Shown here piece by piece: positions 7,922-14,524 of a DNA stretch of 14,524 nucleotides. Position 1 is the first letter of the stretch. Every line of letters begins with the position of its first letter. Under the pieces are notes generated by a model. The model was not told the DNA's origin. It saw only the letters and a program-made list of their open reading frames with translations, and searched no databases. A program made the position numbers and the translations under genes. The stretch is taken from NCBI GenBank assembly GCA_004375785.1, contig SOKM01000283.1, positions 1 through 14,524 on the forward strand. The letters run 5' to 3'. The DNA comes from Candidatus Cloacimonadota bacterium. Its GTDB lineage: Bacteria > Hydrothermota > E44-bin80.

Positions 7922-8568
7922 GACGATTACTCATTTTTATTATATTGTTATTTCAATTCTGTTCTTATGAAAATCCTTATATTGCAAGAATAAAGGGAGA
8001 CTATTTCCCTATAGATAAAATGGGTAATTTCTGGAAATTTAGAAACAAGAATGATAGTGAAAAATATCTTGAGGTAAAGGGGACTAAAGTTATTGACGGA
8101 AGAGAAGCAGTTATTCTTGAAGAAAATTATGAGGAAACATACTGGTATAAAGGAGAAGGCTTTCTCTCAAGGTTCAGGGATATTGAAATTAATTTCAATG
8201 GCGAGCTTTTTCATGTTGAAAAAAGATGGCAGCACTACATTGAAGTACCAATAGTTAAAGGAAACTTCTGGGCAGACTTCTGGGAGGATACTCTTTCATT
8301 TTATAACCAACCTCTTTATAAAACCGATAATCTCAGTGGAATCGTTGAAGGTTTTGAAACTATTAAAATAGAGGCGGGCACATTCAAAAATTGCTACAGG
8401 ATAAAATTTCATCTTGTCGAAGAGATAAGTTCTATCATTACTGGTGATTCTATAAGCGAAAAAACATATTATGAATGGTATGCTCCTGATGTTGGTCTTG
8501 TAAAGTCAACAGAAGACGATGAAAACTGGGAATTGATTGATTATGGGAATAAGGAAGAAGGAGAATAG
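7918..8568 (+). CDS. secreted/lipoprotein-like hypothetical protein (signal peptide, Cys at about position 15), Trp/Tyr-rich
   Basis: ATGA start/stop overlap with the previous gene indicates translational coupling. N-terminal 'MRRLLIFIILLFQFCSYE' is a signal peptide with a possible lipidation Cys. No recognisable catalytic motif. Confidence 0.45.
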   Translation: MRRLLIFIILLFQFCSYENPYIARIKGDYFPIDKMGNFWKFRNKNDSEKYLEVKGTKVIDGREAVILEENYEETYWYKGEGFLSRFRDIEINFNGELFHVEKRWQHYIEVPIVKGNFWADFWEDTLSFYNQPLYKTDNLSGIVEGFETIKIEAGTFKNCYRIKFHLVEEISSIITGDSISEKTYYEWYAPDVGLVKSTEDDENWELIDYGNKEEGE

Positions 8569-8570
8569 AT

Positions 8571-9848
8571 GTGGAGACCGGTGATATACTCGGTCTTGCA
8601 ATCTTCATTCTTTCATTTCTTTTCATCTCATTTTACCATAATAGAAAAACCTTAATCCTCTGGGCTGGGGTTATTCTTCTTTTTATTTTCAGATTAATTT
8701 CACCTCAAACAGCAGTAAATGTTATTAACTGGAATGTCATTGGCATCTTCTGGGGAACAGCCATTGTTGCAGAAACTTTTATCATTTCAAATGTTCCCGC
8801 ATTAATTGCGAATAGATTGGTTTCTAAAACAAAGACCGTTGGACTTGCAATCCTCTCTGTCTCTGTATTTTCCGGATTTATATCCGCTTTCTGCGAGAAT
8901 GTAGCCACAGTAATGATAGTTGCACCGATAGCCTTCGCAATCTCCAGAAAATTGAAGGTCTCCCCTGTTCCCTTTCTTATTGCTATTGCAATAAGTTCAA
9001 ACCTGCAGGGCGCTGCAACACTCATTGGAGACCCGCCAAGTATGATACTTGCAGGATTTCTAAATCTTAATTTTAATAATTTCTTTTTTCTTTACGGTAA
9101 ACCCGGTCTTTTTTTTGCTGTAGAACTCGGGGCAATAGCATCCCTTCTTATTCTTTTTCTCGCTTTCAAAAAATTCAATCAAAAAACAGGAAAAATAGAA
9201 GGTAAAGAAGTAAAAACCTGGGTTCCCACGAGCCTTCTTATATTAATGACCCTGGGACTCATAAGCATCTCTATCTTTGGTCTTGATTTTAATATATTCG
9301 GAGGAATAGTCTCTGTTTCTTTCGGACTTGTTGCAATTATCTGGTATGAATTTTTTCACAAGGGTGAAGATAAAAGGTTCGGCTTGCTTTTAAGATTTGA
9401 TTGGGAAACACTTTTCTTTCTCTTTGCAATATTTATTCTTGTTGGAATGCTGAGCGAAAGGGGTATTGTTGATAGAATTGCTCATCTTATTTACTTGCTT
9501 ACCGGGACTAACAAGTTGCTCACTTTCCTTGTTGTTGTATGGGGGTCTGTTTTTCTCTCAGCCTTTATTGATAATGTTCCGTATGTTACAGCAATGATTC
9601 CGGTAGGAATTATTCTTTCGAAGAATCTTGGCATAGAACCCTATCTTCTATGTTTCGGGATTGTTATCGGTGCTTCAATCGGCGGGAATATCACACCCTT
9701 TGGGGCATCTGCAAATGTTGTAGCGGTTGGAATGCTTAAAAAACAAGGACACAGGGTAACCTTCCTTGACTTTGTGAAACTCGGTCTTCCTTTCACAGTT
9801 GTTGCGACCCTTGTAGCAACAATGTTCATCTGGCTCTTCTGGAAATAA
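8571..9848 (+). CDS. ArsB/NhaD-superfamily permease (arsenite efflux / Na+/H+ antiporter NhaD-type ion transporter), about 11-12 TM
   Basis: GTG start 3 nt after the previous stop, with RBS AGGAAGAAGGAG upstream. Polytopic membrane protein. 'FIDNVPYVTAMIPV' and 'GGNITPFGASANVVAVG' are characteristic of the ArsB/NhaD/CitMHS ion transporter superfamily. Confidence 0.6.
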   Translation: METGDILGLAIFILSFLFISFYHNRKTLILWAGVILLFIFRLISPQTAVNVINWNVIGIFWGTAIVAETFIISNVPALIANRLVSKTKTVGLAILSVSVFSGFISAFCENVATVMIVAPIAFAISRKLKVSPVPFLIAIAISSNLQGAATLIGDPPSMILAGFLNLNFNNFFFLYGKPGLFFAVELGAIASLLILFLAFKKFNQKTGKIEGKEVKTWVPTSLLILMTLGLISISIFGLDFNIFGGIVSVSFGLVAIIWYEFFHKGEDKRFGLLLRFDWETLFFLFAIFILVGMLSERGIVDRIAHLIYLLTGTNKLLTFLVVVWGSVFLSAFIDNVPYVTAMIPVGIILSKNLGIEPYLLCFGIVIGASIGGNITPFGASANVVAVGMLKKQGHRVTFLDFVKLGLPFTVVATLVATMFIWLFWK

Positions 9849-9861
9849 ATTTGTAAGTAGT

Positions 9862-9932
9862 CGCAGGCTTCAGCCTGCGTGTTGGAGTAGCAGAGCTTGC
9901 CATGTACCGTATGGTAACATGGCTTGCTCTGC
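9862..9932 (+). terminator. tandem GC-rich hairpins after the permease stop: CGCAGGCT-TC-AGCCTGCG (9862-9879), and a long imperfect hairpin GCAGAGCTTGCCATGT...ACATGGCTTGCTCTGC (9890-9932; 16-bp stem, 2 mismatches, loop ACCGTATGGTA)
   Basis: The first hairpin is the same motif as at 4722-4739. The second is followed by GCCTTTCAAAA, a weak T-tract. Likely terminator or mRNA-stabilising structure. Confidence 0.45.
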
Positions 9933-10003
9933 GCCTTTCAAAATCTCACCTTCACCAAATCTATATTTTGTTTTACGGTCTTTTCTTATTATTTCACTCC
10001 ATA

Positions 10004-10032
10004 TTGTGAGGCTGGAAGCCTCACCTGTTAAA
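10004..10032. repeat. 29-bp element TT-GTGAGGCT-GGA-AGCCTCAC-CTGTTAAA. Exact inverted copy of 5508-5536.
   Basis: 29/29 reverse-complement identity with 5508-5536. Confidence 0.85.
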
Positions 10033-10117
10033 CGAAAAGAACGATATTAACGCTCTAAACAAACTAAACGAATAGAACTCTGTGTCCTTGAGGTGAAAAA
10101 CGGACGTTGAATTTACC

Positions 10118-10146
10118 TTGACTTTTCCTGAGATGTTTTGTATAGT
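10118..10146 (+). promoter_or_regulatory. sigma70-type promoter: -35 TTGACT (10118-10123), 17-bp spacer, -10 TATAGT (10141-10146). Only 7 nt before ATG 10154, so the predicted mRNA is leaderless.
   Basis: 5/6 and 5/6 hexamers with ideal spacing. There is no room for a Shine-Dalgarno sequence before the start codon. Confidence 0.5.
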
Positions 10147-10153
10147 TTGAAGT

Positions 10154-10672
10154 ATGAAAAATGCTAATTTTATTAAAGGAAGGGTGTGGGTTATAAAGGA
10201 TGAGGGGGGAAATACCGTTGATAATATTGATACAGACCAGATATTTCATAATAAATTTCTGACCATCACCGATAAAACAAAGATGAAGGATTATGCCTTC
10301 AGCAACCTGAGCGGGTGGACTGCTTTTCCAACTAAGGCAAAAAAAGGAGATATTCTTGTCGTAGGAAAAAACTTTGGTTCTGGTTCATCAAGACAGCAAG
10401 CAGTCGATTGTTTTATTTCACTCGGCATCAAAGCGATAGTAGGAGAATCCTTTGGAGCAATATATAAAAGGAATGCAATAAATTCAGGGTTTCCTATAAT
10501 GGAATGTAAGGATATTACACAAAAATTAAAAACTGGCGATGAAATAGAAATAAACCTAACCAAAGGTGAAATAAAGAACCTCAAAACAGAAGAAATACTG
10601 CTTTGTAAACCTTTTTCTGATATTCAATGGAAAATTTATAAAGCTGGTGGACTTTTTAATATTAACCTATAA
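10154..10672 (+). CDS. leuD: 3-isopropylmalate/homoaconitate dehydratase small subunit (LeuD-like aconitase swivel domain), archaeal-type about 170 aa
   Basis: 'KGRVWVIKDEGGNTVDNIDTDQI', 'GDILVVGKNFGSGSSRQQA' and 'IVGESFGAIYKRNAINSG' match LeuD motifs. No large subunit (LeuC) is adjacent in this window. Confidence 0.75.
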   Translation: MKNANFIKGRVWVIKDEGGNTVDNIDTDQIFHNKFLTITDKTKMKDYAFSNLSGWTAFPTKAKKGDILVVGKNFGSGSSRQQAVDCFISLGIKAIVGESFGAIYKRNAINSGFPIMECKDITQKLKTGDEIEINLTKGEIKNLKTEEILLCKPFSDIQWKIYKAGGLFNINL

Positions 10673-10741
10673 ATAAGCTAAACAAACTAAATAAACCAGA
10701 AAAACTAAAGAAACTAAATAAACAAGATAAACGATAAGAAC

Positions 10742-11722
10742 ATGAGACAAGCATATATCATCGGAATTGATATAGGAGGAACGGATATCAAGGCGGGATT
10801 ATTCGATAAGAATGGTGACATAAGAGAATGGAGAAAAGTTACTTCAGCTGTTGAAAAGGGCAAAAATGTTGTTCTTAAAAGGATAAAAACTCTCGTTAAA
10901 AAATTTGAAGAAAACAGAGTGAATATCCTTCCTGTTGTGGGCGTTGCTGTTGCAGGTATTATTGATAAAAAAAGAGAATATATTATCCATTCACCAAATC
11001 TGCAAGGATGGGATAGTTTCGATATAAAGAGTGCATTAGAGAAGAGATTGGAGAGAGATGTGGTTATAGAAAACGATGCAAATACTGCTGCCCTGGCTGA
11101 GTTATGGCGGGGAGAAGGAAGAAAACTTAAAAATTTTATGCTCATAACACTCGGAACAGGACTTGGAAGTGGTCTTGTGATAAACAGAAAACTCTGGATT
11201 GGAGAGGATGGAAGCGCTGCTGAAATGGGGCATACAAAAATTGTTCTCGGTGGTCTTAGATGTGGATGTGGCGCCAGAGGATGTCTTGAAATGTATTCCT
11301 CCAGCCAGGCAATAGAGAGAATCGTGAAAAACGTTCTAAGCAAAAAAGTTGATACCATATTGAGAATAGATTCTCACACTAAAACTGTATCTCCAAAAAT
11401 TGTTTACAAAGCAGCAAAAAAAGGAGACGAAGTCGCTATCAATATCTACCGTGAAATTTCAAGATATTTAGGTGTTGCAATAGCAAATGTAATTTACTTG
11501 CTCGGAATTAAAAGTTTTATTCTGAGTGGAGGCATTAGTAATGCGTATGACCTCTTTATTCCATTTCTCAAAGCTGAAGTTAGTAAGAACCTTTTCTATC
11601 CTTTTTCAGAGGGTTTTCAAATCCTTAAAGGAAAGTTAGGAAACAGGGCAGGTGCAACAGGTGCTGCATATTTAGCCCTGCAAGTAGTGAAAAAAAGAAA
11701 ACAACAGGGGAAAAAACGATAG
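10742..11722 (+). CDS. ROK-family sugar kinase (glucokinase-like, no N-terminal HTH)
   Basis: N-terminal ATP-binding 'IIGIDIGGTDIKAGLF'. 'ENDANTAALAE'. ROK zinc motif 'HTKIVLGGLRCGCGARGCLE'. 326 aa with no DNA-binding domain, so a kinase rather than a repressor. Confidence 0.8.
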   Translation: MRQAYIIGIDIGGTDIKAGLFDKNGDIREWRKVTSAVEKGKNVVLKRIKTLVKKFEENRVNILPVVGVAVAGIIDKKREYIIHSPNLQGWDSFDIKSALEKRLERDVVIENDANTAALAELWRGEGRKLKNFMLITLGTGLGSGLVINRKLWIGEDGSAAEMGHTKIVLGGLRCGCGARGCLEMYSSSQAIERIVKNVLSKKVDTILRIDSHTKTVSPKIVYKAAKKGDEVAINIYREISRYLGVAIANVIYLLGIKSFILSGGISNAYDLFIPFLKAEVSKNLFYPFSEGFQILKGKLGNRAGATGAAYLALQVVKKRKQQGKKR

Positions 11723-11823
11723 AAATCAAATGGAAATTTCCAAATCCCAATGTACAAATAACAAACAATACCGAAGTTACAATGCCAAAATACAAAAAAT
11801 CTTTAGGCCATTATGATTTTTTC

Positions 11824-11934
11824 AATTTGTATATTGTTTGGAGTTTGTCTATTGTTTATTGTATATTGTTTGTAATTTGTTTATTGGAAATTGTTAAGAG
11901 TTTATTGCGATTTTGGAATTGTATATTGCAAGGT
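11824..11934 (+). promoter_or_regulatory. T/G-rich repeat block upstream of the GH57 gene. It contains three exact copies of TTGTATATTG (11827-11836, 11859-11868, 11919-11928) plus TTGTTTATTG variants (11851-11860, 11877-11886).
   Basis: Exact 10-mer three times within about 100 bp, in the 245-bp gap between the ROK kinase gene and GH57. Candidate operator array or promoter elements (TATATT resembles a -10). Confidence 0.35.
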
Positions 11935-11967
11935 TCACCACAGGTCTCTTAAAATCCCTGTTAAAAT

Positions 11968-14355
11968 ATGAAAAAATATCTTATTATTCACGGCCATTTT
12001 TACCAGCCTCCAAGAGAGACCCCCTGGACAGAAGAAGTAGGGAAAGAAGAATCCGCCTTGCCATATGATAACTGGAATGAGAGGATAACGGCAGAATGCT
12101 ATAAACCGAACCTCGATGCCATTGTTCACGATGAGGAGAAAAATCTTCTTGATGTTATAAATAATTTTCGAAGAATTAGTTTCAACTTTGGTCCTACACT
12201 CCTCTCTTGGATGGAAAAGAATGACACAGAGACTTATTCGAGAATTTTGAGTTCAGGGAAAGAGAATTCAATTGCTCAGGTATACAATCACATTATTATG
12301 CCTCTGGCTGAGAGAAGGGATATGACAACAGAGGTTCTTTGGGGAATAAAAGATTTTGAACAGAGATTTGGAAAAAAGCCAAAAGGAATGTGGCTTCCCG
12401 AGACAGCAGTTTCAAACACGACACTTGAGGTTCTCGCTGAATGTGGTATTGAATTTACTATCCTTGCACCACATCAGATAGGTAGAATAAAAAAAACGGG
12501 TAAAAAAGATTGGAAGAGAGTTGAAATAAAGGAAAAGACATCAGGAAAGTATCTTGTAAAGTTGAAGAATGGAAAATCTATCAAAATTATCTCTTATGAT
12601 GATGTTATATCTCGCAAGGTCTCTTTTGAAGGTTTGCTTCATAGCGGAGATACATTCTTAAAAGAGATAGATAAAAGATATAAGGAAACAGGCAAAGATA
12701 TTCTTATCATTGCCACAGATGGTGAAACATATGGTCATCACCATAAATTTGGTGAGATGACACTTGCATATGTCCTACATAAAATAGAAGTAAGAAAGGA
12801 TATAAAAATAATAAATATGGAACAATATCTTACAATGAATGAGCAGGAATATGAGGCGGAGATAGAGGAAAATACGTCCTGGAGTTGTATCCATGGTTTG
12901 GAGAGATGGCGTGATGACTGCGGATGTTTTACTGGAGGCGATGCCTCCGGATGGAATCAGAAATGGAGAAAGCCGCTGAGAGATGCAATGGATTGGTTAA
13001 AAGGTCTTCTGGACGAAATATTTGAGAGTGAGGGGAAGAAATATTTCAAGGATGCCTGGCGAGCACAGAATGATTATATTGATGTTGTAATCAGAAGGAG
13101 AAAAAAGTCCATTAAGGATTTTATTGACAGAAATTGTAATGTCGAAGTAGAGGATTCTCCAGTAAATATTCTGAAATTGATGGAGATGCAGAGGAACGGG
13201 CTTCTTATGTTTACAAGCTGCGGTTGGTTTTTCTCTGATATTTCAGGCATAGAGAGTGTGCAAATACTGAAATATGCTGGAAGGGCAATCGAACTTGCAG
13301 AGAACTTTACCAGTAGAACTATCGAAGATGAATTTCTTAAAATGTTAGAAAATGCAAAAAGCAATAAAAGTGAAAAAGAAAACGGAGCTGTTATTTATAC
13401 TAAATATGTAAAACCCTTTATGCTCGACCATAGAAAAGTGATGTGTCATTACGGGGTTTTTCAATTAATTAATAAACCGAGTAACGAACTTTTTTCATTC
13501 AATATTGATGAGATTGACAAAGAAGAATCATCCCTTGGTGAAACATCTTTATTTATGTCACATTCAATCGTAACATCCTCTATAACGCAAGAACAAAAAG
13601 AACTTGTAATGGTTGCGCTGAAAATGGGAGGTGTCGATTTTCATATTTCCATCAATGATTCCGTAGACTATTACGAAGAAATAAAAACAGAAATAACAAA
13701 AAAATTTGAAGAACCAAATATAACAGAGATTATCAGATTGCTTGACAAATATTTTGGAAAACATTACTTAACACTTAAAGCACTTTTGCCCGATGTAAAA
13801 GATGAAATTCTCCAATCTCTGTCAAAAGATATAATGAAGAGATTTAAGGACACCTATAATGCTGTCTTTGAAGAAAATAAGGTAGTAATGGAATATATCA
13901 GAAAGATTGGTGGAAATCTCCCGGATGGATTTTTAATTGCAGCACGATACAGCCTGAATGAGGGATTAGATGAAGCATCTTTGATGTTTCATGAAGACGA
14001 GAATGCTTTGAGCGAGATTATCTCACTAAAAAAAGAGGCTAAGAGGTGGAATATCCAATTGGAGGAGAAGAGTGTTCTCAAACGGTTATCCCGACATTTT
14101 ATTAGAATTATTGATGTGTTTACTGAAAACCCTCAAGAGCAATATCTGAAATCCATTATCCATAAATTTAACATTCTTACAGGTGGTGGAATAGAATTTG
14201 ATGCACGTGATGCACAGATTTCGTTCTATAAAGCAGTTAAGGGTGATGAGAAGAGAAAAAAGATAATAGAGGCTGTGGGAGAAGAAGGACTCCTCTCTCT
14301 CTTAAACATCCTTCATATAAGTGATAATTTTCTAAAAAGTAGTCTCAGGCTTTAG
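11968..14355 (+). CDS. glycoside hydrolase family 57 protein (alpha-glucan-active) with a long C-terminal alpha-helical extension (DUF3536-like)
   Basis: N-terminal 'IIHGHFYQPPRE' matches the GH57 region-I pattern. The nucleophile-region 'GMWLPETAVS' and the acid/base-region 'ATDGETYGHHH' match GH57 conserved regions. 795 aa. Confidence 0.75.
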   Translation: MKKYLIIHGHFYQPPRETPWTEEVGKEESALPYDNWNERITAECYKPNLDAIVHDEEKNLLDVINNFRRISFNFGPTLLSWMEKNDTETYSRILSSGKENSIAQVYNHIIMPLAERRDMTTEVLWGIKDFEQRFGKKPKGMWLPETAVSNTTLEVLAECGIEFTILAPHQIGRIKKTGKKDWKRVEIKEKTSGKYLVKLKNGKSIKIISYDDVISRKVSFEGLLHSGDTFLKEIDKRYKETGKDILIIATDGETYGHHHKFGEMTLAYVLHKIEVRKDIKIINMEQYLTMNEQEYEAEIEENTSWSCIHGLERWRDDCGCFTGGDASGWNQKWRKPLRDAMDWLKGLLDEIFESEGKKYFKDAWRAQNDYIDVVIRRRKKSIKDFIDRNCNVEVEDSPVNILKLMEMQRNGLLMFTSCGWFFSDISGIESVQILKYAGRAIELAENFTSRTIEDEFLKMLENAKSNKSEKENGAVIYTKYVKPFMLDHRKVMCHYGVFQLINKPSNELFSFNIDEIDKEESSLGETSLFMSHSIVTSSITQEQKELVMVALKMGGVDFHISINDSVDYYEEIKTEITKKFEEPNITEIIRLLDKYFGKHYLTLKALLPDVKDEILQSLSKDIMKRFKDTYNAVFEENKVVMEYIRKIGGNLPDGFLIAARYSLNEGLDEASLMFHEDENALSEIISLKKEAKRWNIQLEEKSVLKRLSRHFIRIIDVFTENPQEQYLKSIIHKFNILTGGGIEFDARDAQISFYKAVKGDEKRKKIIEAVGEEGLLSLLNILHISDNFLKSSLRL

Positions 14356-14386
14356 CCTGAACCATATGGTGCAGGGTTTAGCCTGC
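14345..14386 (+). terminator. two hairpins at/after the GH57 stop codon: TCAGGCT-TT-AGCCTGA (14345-14360; the TAG stop 14353-14355 lies in the loop/stem) and GCAGGGT-TT-AGCCTGC (14371-14386). A palindrome ACCATATGGT (14361-14370) sits between them.
   Basis: Same CAGGCT..AGCCTG motif family as 4722-4739 and 9862-9879. No T-tract follows, so this may be a REP-like stabiliser rather than a canonical terminator. Confidence 0.4.
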
Positions 14387-14447
14387 AAACTTAACTTCTT
14401 ATAATACAATGAATTACGCAACCTAAAGGTTGCGGCTACCATGCAAA
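14366..14447. repeat. about 80-bp multi-hairpin element, inverted copy of 4661-4744. Contains CGCAACC-TAAA-GGTTGCG (14417-14434).
   Basis: Reverse complement of 14412-14440 equals 4669-4697 (29/29). Flanks are about 80% identical. Confidence 0.8.
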
Positions 14448-14460
14448 AATAGGAGTCAAA

Positions 14461-14524
14461 AGTGATTAGATTTATCTTTGGTATTCATAACCATCAACCA
14501 CTGGGTAACTTTGACTGGGTGATA
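14461..14524 (+). CDS. 5' end of a second GH57 gene (4-alpha-glucanotransferase / alpha-amylase-like). Truncated by the window end.
   Basis: RBS AGGAG (14451-14455) and GTG 14461. Translation 'VIRFIFGIHNHQPLGNFDWV' closely resembles the conserved N-terminus of GH57 4-alpha-glucanotransferases (FIFGIHNHQPLGNF). Confidence 0.65.

Noticed and set aside
9902-10009. 35-codon ORF (MYRMVTWLALRLSKSHLHQIYILFYGLFLLFHSIL) inside the permease to leuD gap
   Set aside because: No RBS or promoter context. It lies across the hairpin elements and is most likely non-coding.
10673-10741. A-rich AAACTAAATAAAC direct repeats (10685-10697, 10712-10724) between leuD and the ROK kinase
   Set aside because: Low-complexity A-rich spacer. 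The repeats may be compositional. The similar CTAAACAAACTAAA at 10055-10068 is the same kind of A-rich filler. Not confidently a functional element.
10714-11358. 214-aa minus-strand ORF overlapping the ROK kinase gene
   Set aside because: It is Ser/Pro/Leu-rich low-complexity antisense of a gene with clear conserved ROK motifs. Spurious.
4661-14447. Possibility that the 29-bp palindromic repeats are CRISPR repeats
   Set aside because: Only two copies of each exist. They are in inverted (not direct) orientation and are kilobases apart with genes in between. There is no regular repeat-spacer periodicity and no cas genes.
1-14524. Mobile element / genomic island interpretation of the whole IR-bounded segment
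   Set aside because: There is no transposase, integrase, tRNA/att site, phage or conjugation gene. Gene content is housekeeping (repair, transport, carbohydrate metabolism). The inverted repeats are therefore more plausibly REP/BIME-like or inversion substrates than transposon ends. This is kept as an open question in the findings, not a call.

Overview
This is an AT-rich bacterial chromosomal window with every supported gene on the + strand. In order it holds: a UvrD-family helicase with a C-terminal PD-(D/E)xK nuclease (AddA/RecB-like); two small membrane proteins, one an unusual DUF4190 plus pilin-like fusion; a compact Fpg/Nei DNA glycosylase; a tightly coupled five-gene operon (alpha-helical protein, SPFH/band-7 protein fused to three zinc ribbons, OMP-like beta-barrel protein, secreted lipoprotein-like protein, ArsB/NhaD-type permease); a standalone archaeal-type LeuD-like subunit expressed from an apparently leaderless promoter; a ROK-family sugar kinase; a GH57 family glycoside hydrolase with a long C-terminal extension; and the start of a second GH57 (4-alpha-glucanotransferase-like) gene. 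The main structure not explained by genes is a family of GC-rich hairpin elements in four intergenic regions. They form two nested pairs of inverted repeats, each with a perfect 29-bp core: the outer pair flanks about 9.7 kb and the inner pair about 4.5 kb. No transposase, integrase, CRISPR array or tRNA is visible. The most likely candidate for a new system is the helical protein / SPFH-triple-zinc-ribbon / OMP / lipoprotein / permease operon, which is exactly bracketed by the inner inverted repeats. All calls rest on motifs read directly from the translations. No database search could be run.
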